DNA of 64,000 nt from an uncultured beta proteobacterium. GTDB lineage: Bacteria > Pseudomonadota > Gammaproteobacteria > Burkholderiales > Gallionellaceae. Below the pieces are notes generated by a model. It was not told the DNA's origin. It saw nothing but the letters and a program-made list of their open reading frames with translations, and searched no databases. The stretch lies in the NCBI GenBank assembly GCA_963740305.1, contig CAVUDR010000001.1:298642-362641 (forward strand). The letters are read 5' to 3'. Positions 20,890 through 29,354 of this stretch are shown piece after piece; within the stretch, counting starts at the first letter, position 1; the number at the start of each line of letters is the position of its first letter. The position numbers and the translations under genes are program-made.

Positions 20890-22590
20890 ATGGGGGGTCC
20901 GGAGAAAGTCCGCTTAGGTGATTTACTGGTTGCTGCGAATCTCATCTCGCAACAACAACTAGATCAAGCCCTTACGCAACAGAAGAGTAGCGGGCGCCGA
21001 TTGGGGCGGCTCTTGGTTGATAATGGCTTCATCAACGAGGAGCAGATATCAGAAGCGCTCGCCAAGCTCTTCAATATCCCCTATATCGACCTAAAACGTT
21101 TTAATCTAAACCCTGATCTGGTGAAGCGTCTTCCAGAAGAACAGGCGCGACGCTATCGTGCCATAGTCTTGGATGCTGTAGAGGATAGGTTGCGTGTCGG
21201 TATGGCTGACCCGACTGATGCAGCGGCGCTTGAAGATCTCACTCGCACACTGAAATGCGAAGTAGAGGTTGTGGTGGTCACTGAGGGGCAAGTGCTGGAA
21301 AGCATAGACAGGGGATACAGGCGCACAAACGAAATCAGTGGGCACATGTATCGTCATGGTGAAACCACAATGAAAACTCCCCGCTTTGGGGTGACCAGTG
21401 TAGTTGCTGGCGTGAATCCCGAGGCCTCCATTACCCAGCAGATACAGTCGTTGTTCTACACGGCTATGCAAGTGCGAGCTTCGGATATCCATATAGAGAA
21501 AACTGAAGACTTGATGCATTGCCGGTTACGGATTGACGGTAGTTTGCATGCACACATTGATCTTAGTTACCCGCTGACTGATGCTTTGGTGTTACGCCTA
21601 AAGTTGATGGCAGAGTTGGATATTGGCGAAAAATATTTGCCACAGTCTGGCAGTTTCAAGACGAATATCGACGATCAAGGTCTATTAGTGAGTCTGGTGT
21701 CCTGCCCCGTCAAGAAGGGCGAGTCCATCGTGATGCACCTGACTTACCAGAATAGGCAAAGAGCGACACTGGATAGTCTAGGTATGCCTGAGCATATGCT
21801 GACTAGGCTGCGTGAAATCATGGAGTATGGCAAAGGTATGGTGTTGTTTGTAGCGCCGCCAGACGCAGGTATCACAACAACGATGTATGCGGTTCTGACT
21901 GAAATCGATAAGGTCAGTAAGAAAATATTCAGTGTGGAAGATTTGGTCGAGCATCAGATCGCAGGTGTGAATCAGATTCAGGTGGATGAGGATGCGGGAT
22001 TTGACTACGTGCGCGCATTGCAAGCCGCTGCTGTTCAGGATCCGGATGTGCTGATGCTAAGCAGCATCCATGATAAGCGGGTTGCAAGGTTGACGATCAA
22101 GACTGCGATGGAGCAGCGCGTAGTGCTTGCAAGTTTAAGTAGCAACGATGCAGCAAATGCCTTGTATCATTTTTCCGAGTTGGGCGTGCCAGCTTTCATG
22201 GTCGCATCTTCAGTTCAGGTTGTGATTGCGCAAAGATTGTTGAGACGTATCTGTCCACATTGCAGTGAACCATACGTGGCGAATGGACAGGAAAGTGCTT
22301 GGCTGAAATCCGAAATGATCTCCTCGGGGCAGATTGTTGCAGGTCTGCGTCGCGGACATGGTTGTGAAAAGTGTCAGAGCAGTGGATATCTTGGCCGCAT
22401 CGCTGTATTCGAGATGTTGGAAATGAAGGCCACGCTGGTCGAGGCCGCTGCTCACGATGCACCTGGGCCATTTTTGAAAGAGGCAGCGCAGCAAATGCAT
22501 GGTCACAAAATGCTAGATCAGGCCATCGAGTTGCTTAAGAAGGGGCAGACCACAGTCAATGAGGTCATGCATATGAGCATCCGTCATTGA
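20890..22590 (+). CDS. GspE/PulE/MshE-family paralog with degenerate ATPase motifs (putative pseudo-ATPase, MshEN domain retained)
   Basis: Colinear with the downstream MshE (566 vs 567 aa); Walker A reads APPDAGITT and Walker B region LMLSSIHD; CPHC and CEKC kept. Confidence 0.88.
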   Translation: MGGPEKVRLGDLLVAANLISQQQLDQALTQQKSSGRRLGRLLVDNGFINEEQISEALAKLFNIPYIDLKRFNLNPDLVKRLPEEQARRYRAIVLDAVEDRLRVGMADPTDAAALEDLTRTLKCEVEVVVVTEGQVLESIDRGYRRTNEISGHMYRHGETTMKTPRFGVTSVVAGVNPEASITQQIQSLFYTAMQVRASDIHIEKTEDLMHCRLRIDGSLHAHIDLSYPLTDALVLRLKLMAELDIGEKYLPQSGSFKTNIDDQGLLVSLVSCPVKKGESIVMHLTYQNRQRATLDSLGMPEHMLTRLREIMEYGKGMVLFVAPPDAGITTTMYAVLTEIDKVSKKIFSVEDLVEHQIAGVNQIQVDEDAGFDYVRALQAAAVQDPDVLMLSSIHDKRVARLTIKTAMEQRVVLASLSSNDAANALYHFSELGVPAFMVASSVQVVIAQRLLRRICPHCSEPYVANGQESAWLKSEMISSGQIVAGLRRGHGCEKCQSSGYLGRIAVFEMLEMKATLVEAAAHDAPGPFLKEAAQQMHGHKMLDQAIELLKKGQTTVNEVMHMSIRH

Positions 22591-22700
22591 TGGCCGTTAT
22601 TTTGTACTCTCCATACTTATTGGACTTGCGCCATCTCTAATCGTAGGCGCGATTGTAACTGCCCTCGATATTCACTAACTGGCGCTGATGGCGGAAAGTG

Positions 22701-22729
22701 TTGTCAGCACAGATAAAAACGATTAACTT
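22701..22729 (+). promoter_or_regulatory. Putative sigma70 promoter of mshE
   Basis: TTGTCA-N17-TAACTT. Confidence 0.6.
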
Positions 22730-22772
22730 CCTGCACTACTGTAAAAATACAACACGTAAACGAGGTTGAAAT

Positions 22773-24476
22773 ATGGCGCGTCCAGAGAAAGTACGCTTGG
22801 GAGATTTGCTGGTAGTTCAGAAGCTACTCACGCAAGAGCAGCTAATGTTTGCGCTAGATCAGCAGAAGCGTAGCGGTCGCCGCCTAGGGCGAGTATTGGT
22901 TGGCAATGGCTTTGTAACCGAGGATCAAATCTCAGAAGCCTTAGCTAAGCAGCTTAACATCCCTTATGTGAATCTCAAGTATTACAACATCAATGTAGAG
23001 CACGCACGCCTGTTGTCAGAAAACTTGGCACGGCGTTTCAGGGCCTTGGTACTGGAGCCGCGTGGCAAGCAGTTGCTGGTTGGAATGGCCGATCCCACAG
23101 ACTTGTTCGCATTTGATGAAATCTCTCGGTATTTGAAGCGTGACATCGATATCGCGGTGGTGAATGAGGGCCAATTGCTGGAGAGCATAGACCGAGCTTA
23201 TCGGCGTACCGAAGAGATCACGGGACTGGCGACGCAGTTGAGTGAAGACTTGGGAGACTCGTATATAGACTTTGGTGCGCTCAGTGATGGTGTGGGCTCT
23301 GAAGAAGTACCTGTCGTAAAGTTGCTGCAAACGATGTTCGATGATGCGACCCAGATACGCGCATCTGATATCCATATAGAACCGCAAGAAGGGCGGTTGG
23401 TGGTGCGTTTTCGTATCGATGGAGTTTTGCACTTGCAGATGGAGGCCGACAACAAGATCGGACCTGCACTGGTGTTAAGGCTCAAGCTGATGTCAGGTTT
23501 GGATATCTCTGAAAAGCGCATACCGCAAGATGGACGATTCCATGTGCGCGTCCGCGAGCAAGGGGTGGATGTTCGTATTGCGACCTGCCCTACCCAACAC
23601 GGTGAGGCAGTAGTGATGCGTTTGTTGCGTCAGGATGGCGGCATGGTTTCATTGTCCGAATTGGGCATGCCTGCAGCGATGTTGAAGCGATTTCGCGAGA
23701 TCATACGGCGCAGCAATGGCATGGTGTTGGTGACTGGGCCTACAGGCAGTGGTAAGACCACCACGTTATATGCAGCACTGGCCGAGATAAATTCGGTCGG
23801 ACAAAAGATCATTACGGTAGAGGATCCTGTCGAATATCGTTTGCCGGGGATTAATCAGGTACAGGTCAATGAGAAGATAGATCTGACTTTCGCGCGCGTA
23901 CTACGCTCGGCGCTGCGTCAAGATCCCGATATTATCTTGGTAGGCGAGATGCGTGATGCTGAGACTGCACAGATTGGTCTGCGCGCGGCAATGACGGGGC
24001 ACTTAGTGCTTTCCACACTGCATACACGAGATGCGGCAGGTACTTTGTTCAGATTAGTCGATATGGGGACACCACGATTTATGGTCGCATCTTCTGTGCA
24101 GGCCATCATCGCGCAAAGGTTGTTACGACGGGTGTGTCAAAGTTGTAGTGTGCAACATGAGCCTACCCCTCAGGAAAGCGAATGGCTTAAGGCTGAGGGT
24201 GTGACCACAGATCGCATGGCTGGTTTGTTACATGGCAGAGGTTGCTCACATTGCAATAGCACGGGTTACCATGGTCGCATGGGCGTTTACGAGATGTTGG
24301 AAATGGGGCGTGAGATGGTGGAAGCAGCTGCTCACGATAGCTCTGGGCACTTCATGCAGGTCGCGGCCAAGCATATGCAAGGTCAGACCTTGGTCGCAAA
24401 CGGTATAGAAATGGCATTGCAGGGGCGGACCACGGTAAGTGAAGTGATGCGTATCTCCAATCAGGTAGAGGATTAG
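22773..24476 (+). CDS. mshE: MSHA pilus assembly ATPase with MshEN domain
   Basis: Tandem RLGxxL MshEN motifs, PQDGR, GPTGSGKTT, TVEDPVE, LRQDPDIILVGEMRD, TGHLVLSTLHT. Confidence 0.92.
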   Translation: MARPEKVRLGDLLVVQKLLTQEQLMFALDQQKRSGRRLGRVLVGNGFVTEDQISEALAKQLNIPYVNLKYYNINVEHARLLSENLARRFRALVLEPRGKQLLVGMADPTDLFAFDEISRYLKRDIDIAVVNEGQLLESIDRAYRRTEEITGLATQLSEDLGDSYIDFGALSDGVGSEEVPVVKLLQTMFDDATQIRASDIHIEPQEGRLVVRFRIDGVLHLQMEADNKIGPALVLRLKLMSGLDISEKRIPQDGRFHVRVREQGVDVRIATCPTQHGEAVVMRLLRQDGGMVSLSELGMPAAMLKRFREIIRRSNGMVLVTGPTGSGKTTTLYAALAEINSVGQKIITVEDPVEYRLPGINQVQVNEKIDLTFARVLRSALRQDPDIILVGEMRDAETAQIGLRAAMTGHLVLSTLHTRDAAGTLFRLVDMGTPRFMVASSVQAIIAQRLLRRVCQSCSVQHEPTPQESEWLKAEGVTTDRMAGLLHGRGCSHCNSTGYHGRMGVYEMLEMGREMVEAAAHDSSGHFMQVAAKHMQGQTLVANGIEMALQGRTTVSEVMRISNQVED

Positions 24477-24477
24477 G

Positions 24478-25713
24478 ATGGCGATCTACAGTTACAAAGG
24501 GCGCAACCATCGAGGTGATCTGGTGTCAGGTTCGTTGGACGGAAGTGACAGTGGCGTGATCGCGGATCAACTGCTCAATACCGGCATCACGCCAGTAGAG
24601 ATTGAGTTGTCGAGCAGTGGACGCAGCAGCGGGAATCGAACTGAATGGTTGCAAAAGGCACTTAGAGAAAAGCCTATCACCTCGCTGGATTTGATGTTGT
24701 TCAGCCGCCAGATGTACACGTTATTGAAAGCCGGTGTGCCTATATTGCGGGCGCTTTCAGGTTTGCAGGAATCAACTCCTAATCCAAAATTTGCAGCCTT
24801 GTTGCAGGATATACGAGAGAGTTTGGATAGTGGTCGTGAACTCAGCGCCGCATTCAGACGCCACCCAGCCGTGTTCTCCCCCTTTTATGTCAGCATGGTG
24901 CAAGTCGGTGAAATGACGGGCATGCTGGATGAGACTTTCATCCGGCTCTATGACTATCTGGATTTCGAACGTGACATGCGCGACCGCATACGCAGTGCGA
25001 TGCGATATCCCAGTTTCGTTGTGATGGCGATGGCAATCGCCATAGTTGTCATTAATCTGTTCGTCATTCCTACGTTCGCTAAAGTTTATGCGGGCTTCCA
25101 TGCCGAGCTACCCATGGTCACTAAGCTGCTGATTGGATTTTCCAATTTTATGGTGAATTATTGGCTGGTGATGATTGCGATTGTGGTCGCAATCGTGGTG
25201 GGCATTCGCTATTACATACGTACGGTGAATGGTCGCTTCAAGTGGGATAAATACAAGCTACAACTGCCAGTAGTGGGTAGCATCATCATGAAGGCGACCC
25301 TAGCGCGCTTCTCGCGCAGTATGGCGCTGTCGTTCAAGAGCGGTATGCCTATTTTGCAAGGTATGAATGTGGTTGGGATGGTTGTAGATAATGAATTCAT
25401 GCGCAGCCGTATCGAGCAGATGCGTGATGGTATAGAACGTGGTGAAAGTATCTTGCGGACTGCGGTCGCATCTCAGGTATTCAATTCGGTGGTGTTACAA
25501 ATGATCTCGGTAGGCGAAGAGACCGGCGACATGGATGGACTTATGTTCGAAGTGGCCGATATGTATGAGCGTGAAGTGAAGTACGAAGTTGAGGGGCTGA
25601 GCGCAAAGATAGAGCCTATTCTCATTGTTGCATTAGGCTGTCTGGTCTTGGTGTTGGCTTTGGGGGTATTCCTGCCGATGTGGGATCTGGGCAAGGCGGC
25701 GATGCATTCATGA
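24478..25713 (+). CDS. mshG: MSHA inner-membrane platform protein (GspF/PilC family)
   Basis: FSRQMYTLLKAGVP, GEMTGML, AMRYP, GEETG, IEPILI, FLPMW. Confidence 0.9.
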   Translation: MAIYSYKGRNHRGDLVSGSLDGSDSGVIADQLLNTGITPVEIELSSSGRSSGNRTEWLQKALREKPITSLDLMLFSRQMYTLLKAGVPILRALSGLQESTPNPKFAALLQDIRESLDSGRELSAAFRRHPAVFSPFYVSMVQVGEMTGMLDETFIRLYDYLDFERDMRDRIRSAMRYPSFVVMAMAIAIVVINLFVIPTFAKVYAGFHAELPMVTKLLIGFSNFMVNYWLVMIAIVVAIVVGIRYYIRTVNGRFKWDKYKLQLPVVGSIIMKATLARFSRSMALSFKSGMPILQGMNVVGMVVDNEFMRSRIEQMRDGIERGESILRTAVASQVFNSVVLQMISVGEETGDMDGLMFEVADMYEREVKYEVEGLSAKIEPILIVALGCLVLVLALGVFLPMWDLGKAAMHS

Positions 25714-26255
25714 GTTGCGCTCGATACATACGCAGTTACAAGCAATTACAAGGATTCACCTTGTTTGAATTGATACTGGTCATAGCCATCGTGTCAGTTT
25801 TGGTCGGCGTATTCCTTGAGCGATTTGTGAGTTATCAGGAGCTCGCCGAAAAGACTGCAATGGAGCAAGTGGTTGGCACAGTGCAAAGTGCATTGGTATT
25901 GCAATTTGCGCAGATTCAAACGAGAGGGCAGGCATCTGATGTGGCGGCGATGGTAATCGATAACCCTATGCGCTATTTGCAAAAGAAGCCACGTAACTAT
26001 GCAGGCGAGTTTTATGGTGCGACTCCTAGTAGTGCAGAATCAGGCAACTGGATATTTGATTTGAAGTCTAGGGAAATGATTTATCTGGTCCAGCATAAGG
26101 AACATTTTCAATCTGGCAAGGACGGCAATGACTGGATACGATTTCGCGTGACACTGCAGTATGAGGAGCCTTTGTCCGGTAATCAGCGAGATACAGAAAA
26201 TGAGTTGGTAGGAATAGTGTTCGAACCCGTTCAGGGCTATCACTGGAAGTCTTAG
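25710..26255 (+). CDS. Prepilin-type MSHA accessory protein (MshF/MshB-like position)
   Basis: QGFTLFELILVI class III signal; ATGA overlap with the mshG stop. Confidence 0.75.
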   Translation: MSCARYIRSYKQLQGFTLFELILVIAIVSVLVGVFLERFVSYQELAEKTAMEQVVGTVQSALVLQFAQIQTRGQASDVAAMVIDNPMRYLQKKPRNYAGEFYGATPSSAESGNWIFDLKSREMIYLVQHKEHFQSGKDGNDWIRFRVTLQYEEPLSGNQRDTENELVGIVFEPVQGYHWKS

Positions 26256-26488
26256 GTGAAGGTCTTCATGTTTTTTCTGTGGTCCCAGTTTAAATGTATT
26301 GAATTTAAACTGGAAAATATCCATTAGTCGTGCTAGTGTGACCACTGATTAGGAATTTTTGTCTAAAACTTGTGGATATTGAGCTTGGCAACTACAGTCA
26401 CTCACATTCAAATAGGCTTGATTTTCAAGAAGGCCATCAGAATTTACTAGGTATGTGGGCTATGCCCAAATAATTAAAGGAGAGAAAC

Positions 26489-26872
26489 ATGAAAAAGCAA
26501 GCTGGCTTTACATTGATTGAATTGGTTATGGTGATCGTGATCTTGGGTATTTTGGCAGCAACTGCCTTGCCTAAGTTCGTTAACTTGTCTGCTGATGCTA
26601 GAGATGCTGCACTGGCGGGTGTGGCGGGTGCTATTTCTAGCTCCAATACAATCAATGTTGGCGTTAAGGCATTGCATCCGGCAAGTGGTGTGGTAGTGAC
26701 TGACTGCTCGAATGGTGGATTGTTGTTGGAAGGTAGCGTTCTACCAGGTGCACCAGATTATACGATTACTGCAGCAGCTATAGCCTCTGGCGTTACGGCA
26801 ACTTGCACCTTGACACCGGTTACACCGGGTAATAAAGCAAACACTACATTTACTTTGACCAATGCGGGTTAA
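26489..26872 (+). CDS. mshA: MSHA-type major pilin
   Basis: [30 protein letters not shown]; AAGGAG RBS, long AT-rich upstream gap and a downstream hairpin. Confidence 0.85.
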   Translation: MKKQAGFTLIELVMVIVILGILAATALPKFVNLSADARDAALAGVAGAISSSNTINVGVKALHPASGVVVTDCSNGGLLLEGSVLPGAPDYTITAAAIASGVTATCTLTPVTPGNKANTTFTLTNAG

Positions 26873-26916
26873 CTTTAGCTAGATTGAGGTGTGCAGCTAG
26901 TCTAAGTCTAGGAGCG

Positions 26917-26946
26917 CAAAGGGAGATTCGTCTCCCTTTGTCGTTT
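26917..26946 (+). terminator. Hairpin / intrinsic terminator after the major pilin
   Basis: CAAAGGGAGA-TTCG-TCTCCCTTTG perfect 10 bp stem, followed by TCGTTT. Confidence 0.7.
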
Positions 26947-26977
26947 ATAGGTCTTTGAGTTACTAGGGTGGTTTGAA

Positions 26978-27415
26978 ATGAAGCATAGTGCTGGATTTAC
27001 CTTGGTCGAGTTGGTAATGACGATGATCATCATCGGCATCCTCGCGGCCGTTGCCGTGCCCCGTTTCTTCGATAACACGATCTTCCAATCACGTGGATTC
27101 TCCGATCAAGTCAAGGCGAGTGTGCGTTATGCGCAGAAGGTTGCGATCGCCCAACATCGCTTTGTGTGTGTGAGCTTCTCGGCTACGGGGTTAAGTTTGA
27201 GTCTGGGTGTGGCACCTGCCTGTGGAACGCCTGTTTCAATGCCTGATGGCAACGCAAGTTTGAATGCCCCGTCTGGGGTGGGATTTGTTTCCACCCCGGC
27301 AAATTTTAATTTCGATGTATTGGGTCGTCCTTCTTTTGCTACTGCGCAGGGTATATCCATCACAGGGGCAAATGTGGCTATCACTATAGAAGCGGAGACG
27401 GGTTATGTGCATTGA
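26978..27415 (+). CDS. mshC: MSHA minor pilin
   Basis: GFTLVEL...AVAVPRF, RYAQKVA, FDVLGRP, IEAETGYVH. Confidence 0.75.
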   Translation: MKHSAGFTLVELVMTMIIIGILAAVAVPRFFDNTIFQSRGFSDQVKASVRYAQKVAIAQHRFVCVSFSATGLSLSLGVAPACGTPVSMPDGNASLNAPSGVGFVSTPANFNFDVLGRPSFATAQGISITGANVAITIEAETGYVH

Positions 27416-27908
27416 GACGCCTCTTACGCTAAATAGGCAGTGCAGATCGAGCCACATGCTCGGTGCAAGCTTGATCGAGTTAATCATGTTCATCGTGATC
27501 GTAGGAGTAGCACTCGCTGGGATAACCTTGGTTTTAAACACCACCAACAAAAACAGCGCAGATCCCTTGTTGCGTAAGCAGGCAATGGCTGCGGCGTCTT
27601 CTTTGCTTGAAGAGGTCGAGTTGCAGGACTTTATCTCGGCTTCTGGCGTGACGACTGCGGTGACGACAGCCAATCGCGCCACGACATATCACATCGTCAG
27701 CGACTATAACGGTTACGCCACCGCAGATATCTATCCTTTAGGTGGGCTGACACCTGCGGCAGGATTGCAGAGCTACAACGTCAGTGTGGCAATCATACCG
27801 ACAGCCTTGGGGAGCATCGCTGCAGCCAGTGCAGTGATGATCAATGTCACGGTGTCAACGCCTAGCGGAGAGGCGATTACTGCCTCGGGATATAGGGCTG
27901 CCTACTGA
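27405..27908 (+). CDS. mshD: MSHA minor pilin
   Basis: GASLIELIMFIVIV, SADPL, C-terminal GYRAAY. Confidence 0.75.
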   Translation: MCIETPLTLNRQCRSSHMLGASLIELIMFIVIVGVALAGITLVLNTTNKNSADPLLRKQAMAAASSLLEEVELQDFISASGVTTAVTTANRATTYHIVSDYNGYATADIYPLGGLTPAAGLQSYNVSVAIIPTALGSIAAASAVMINVTVSTPSGEAITASGYRAAY

Positions 27909-28813
27909 TGAGCTACTCTACGAGAACACTTGCAAACGTATCTGTGCACTCTAAGCAGGTGGGGTTCTCACTGGTCGAGTTGATCATGGTGATTGTGATC
28001 ACCGGTATCTTGGGCGGCATCGTCGCAGTTTTTCTCAAAGCACCCATACAGCAATATACGGATGTTGCTCGGCGTGCAGAGCTGACTGATATTGCTGATG
28101 CGGCTTTGTATCGCTTAGCCAGTGACATCAGTACTGCCGTGCCGAATAGTCTACGCACCTTGGGCTGCAGCCCCAATTGTGTGGAATTTTTGCCCACTAA
28201 GAACGGTGGCCGTTACCGTGTGGATGCATTGGGTGGCATGGGTGGATGTGGTTTGGCTGGGGATGATTTGAACTTCACGGCTGCTGACAGTTGTTTTGAG
28301 ATCATCGGACCTCCCATCACTTTCGCGGCAGGTGATCAAATTGCCTTGGGTAGTGTGCAGTCCGATGGTAATCCACCCTACGACACAGGTGCAGCTTCCG
28401 GTGTGTTGCGTGCCTATACAGGCGCGGTGGGCGCACAAACAGTCGTGCAAATCACGGCGACTCAGTTCCCATTCTTCGCCAGTTTGCCGTCACGCCGATT
28501 TGATGTGGTCGATGGCGCGCAGCAGGCTGTAACTTATGCTTGTGAGGGTGTAGGTACAGATACCAGCGGTTCCGGTACGGGGCAACTCAAGCGTTACTGG
28601 AAATATGGTTTTGTCGCAAATGCACAACCCGTTCCGCCCATAGCGCTGGCGGGGGTGCAGAGCGCAATACTCGCAGACAAGGTCAGTGCGTGCAGTATCA
28701 GTTATGGCTCAAGCAATCAGCGACTGGGTTTGTTGGCAGTGCATCTGGCGTTGAGTATAGGTGGTGAGAGCGTCAGCCTCTACCATGAGATACATGTGAG
28801 CAACATACCATGA
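27908..28813 (+). CDS. mshO: MSHA minor pilin
   Basis: GFSLVELIMVIVI, AVPNSLR, C-terminal GESVSLYHEIHVSNIP. Confidence 0.8.
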   Translation: MSYSTRTLANVSVHSKQVGFSLVELIMVIVITGILGGIVAVFLKAPIQQYTDVARRAELTDIADAALYRLASDISTAVPNSLRTLGCSPNCVEFLPTKNGGRYRVDALGGMGGCGLAGDDLNFTAADSCFEIIGPPITFAAGDQIALGSVQSDGNPPYDTGAASGVLRAYTGAVGAQTVVQITATQFPFFASLPSRRFDVVDGAQQAVTYACEGVGTDTSGSGTGQLKRYWKYGFVANAQPVPPIALAGVQSAILADKVSACSISYGSSNQRLGLLAVHLALSIGGESVSLYHEIHVSNIP

Positions 28814-29241
28814 GGAAAACGATGCAAGGCGGATTCAGCTTGATCTCAGCCATATTTTTGTTGGTGGTGATCGCTGCCTTGGGCACTTTTGCTGTGACGC
28901 TTTCTACATCACAAAATCAGTCCCAAACGATGGACATCGTCGGGGCAAGGGCTTATCAGGCAGCATTGGCGGGAATAGAGTGGGCTGCATTCAATGTTGC
29001 TCAAACGCCCGCCAGTGCGCCTGCGGCGTGGACGGGATGTGCTACAGGTGCGAGCGTGACGGTGGGAGGGAATCTCGCCGCTTTTTCTCCTGTGACGGTC
29101 AATTGCAACGCCACCTTAAGTAATGAGGCTGGCGTGGGTATCTGGGTGTATGACGTAACTGCTGTCGCTGCTACAACAGGAATTGCGCCTGGCAGCGCCA
29201 ACTATGTGGAGCAAGTGGCAACGGCCAAAATGGCAAGATGA
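28810..29241 (+). CDS. mshP: MSHA minor pilin (PilX-like, no Glu5)
   Basis: GFSLISAIFLLVVIAALG, RAYQAALAGIEW, YVEQ. Confidence 0.8.
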   Translation: MRKTMQGGFSLISAIFLLVVIAALGTFAVTLSTSQNQSQTMDIVGARAYQAALAGIEWAAFNVAQTPASAPAAWTGCATGASVTVGGNLAAFSPVTVNCNATLSNEAGVGIWVYDVTAVAATTGIAPGSANYVEQVATAKMAR

Positions 29242-29354
29242 AGTAAGATTGTGATCATAGTCCGCTCTTGAAGTATGGGTAATTAAGTTCGTAGGATAAA
29301 ATGCGCAGCATTGACCAAAAACTAATCTAGCGTTTGTAGTGCAAGGGGAAAGAT

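Noticed and set aside
20890-22590. First mshE copy as a decaying pseudogene
   Set aside because: The ORF is uninterrupted and the same length as its paralog. It retains the promoter, RBS, MshEN and Cys motifs, while the catalytic motifs are specifically lost.
26385-26405. Sigma54 promoter upstream of the pilin (TTGGCA)
   Set aside because: No TTGC -12 element at the required spacing
26489-26872. MshA as an electrically conductive e-pilin
   Set aside because: Only about four Phe/Tyr and no Trp in about 121 mature residues, with long aromatic-free gaps
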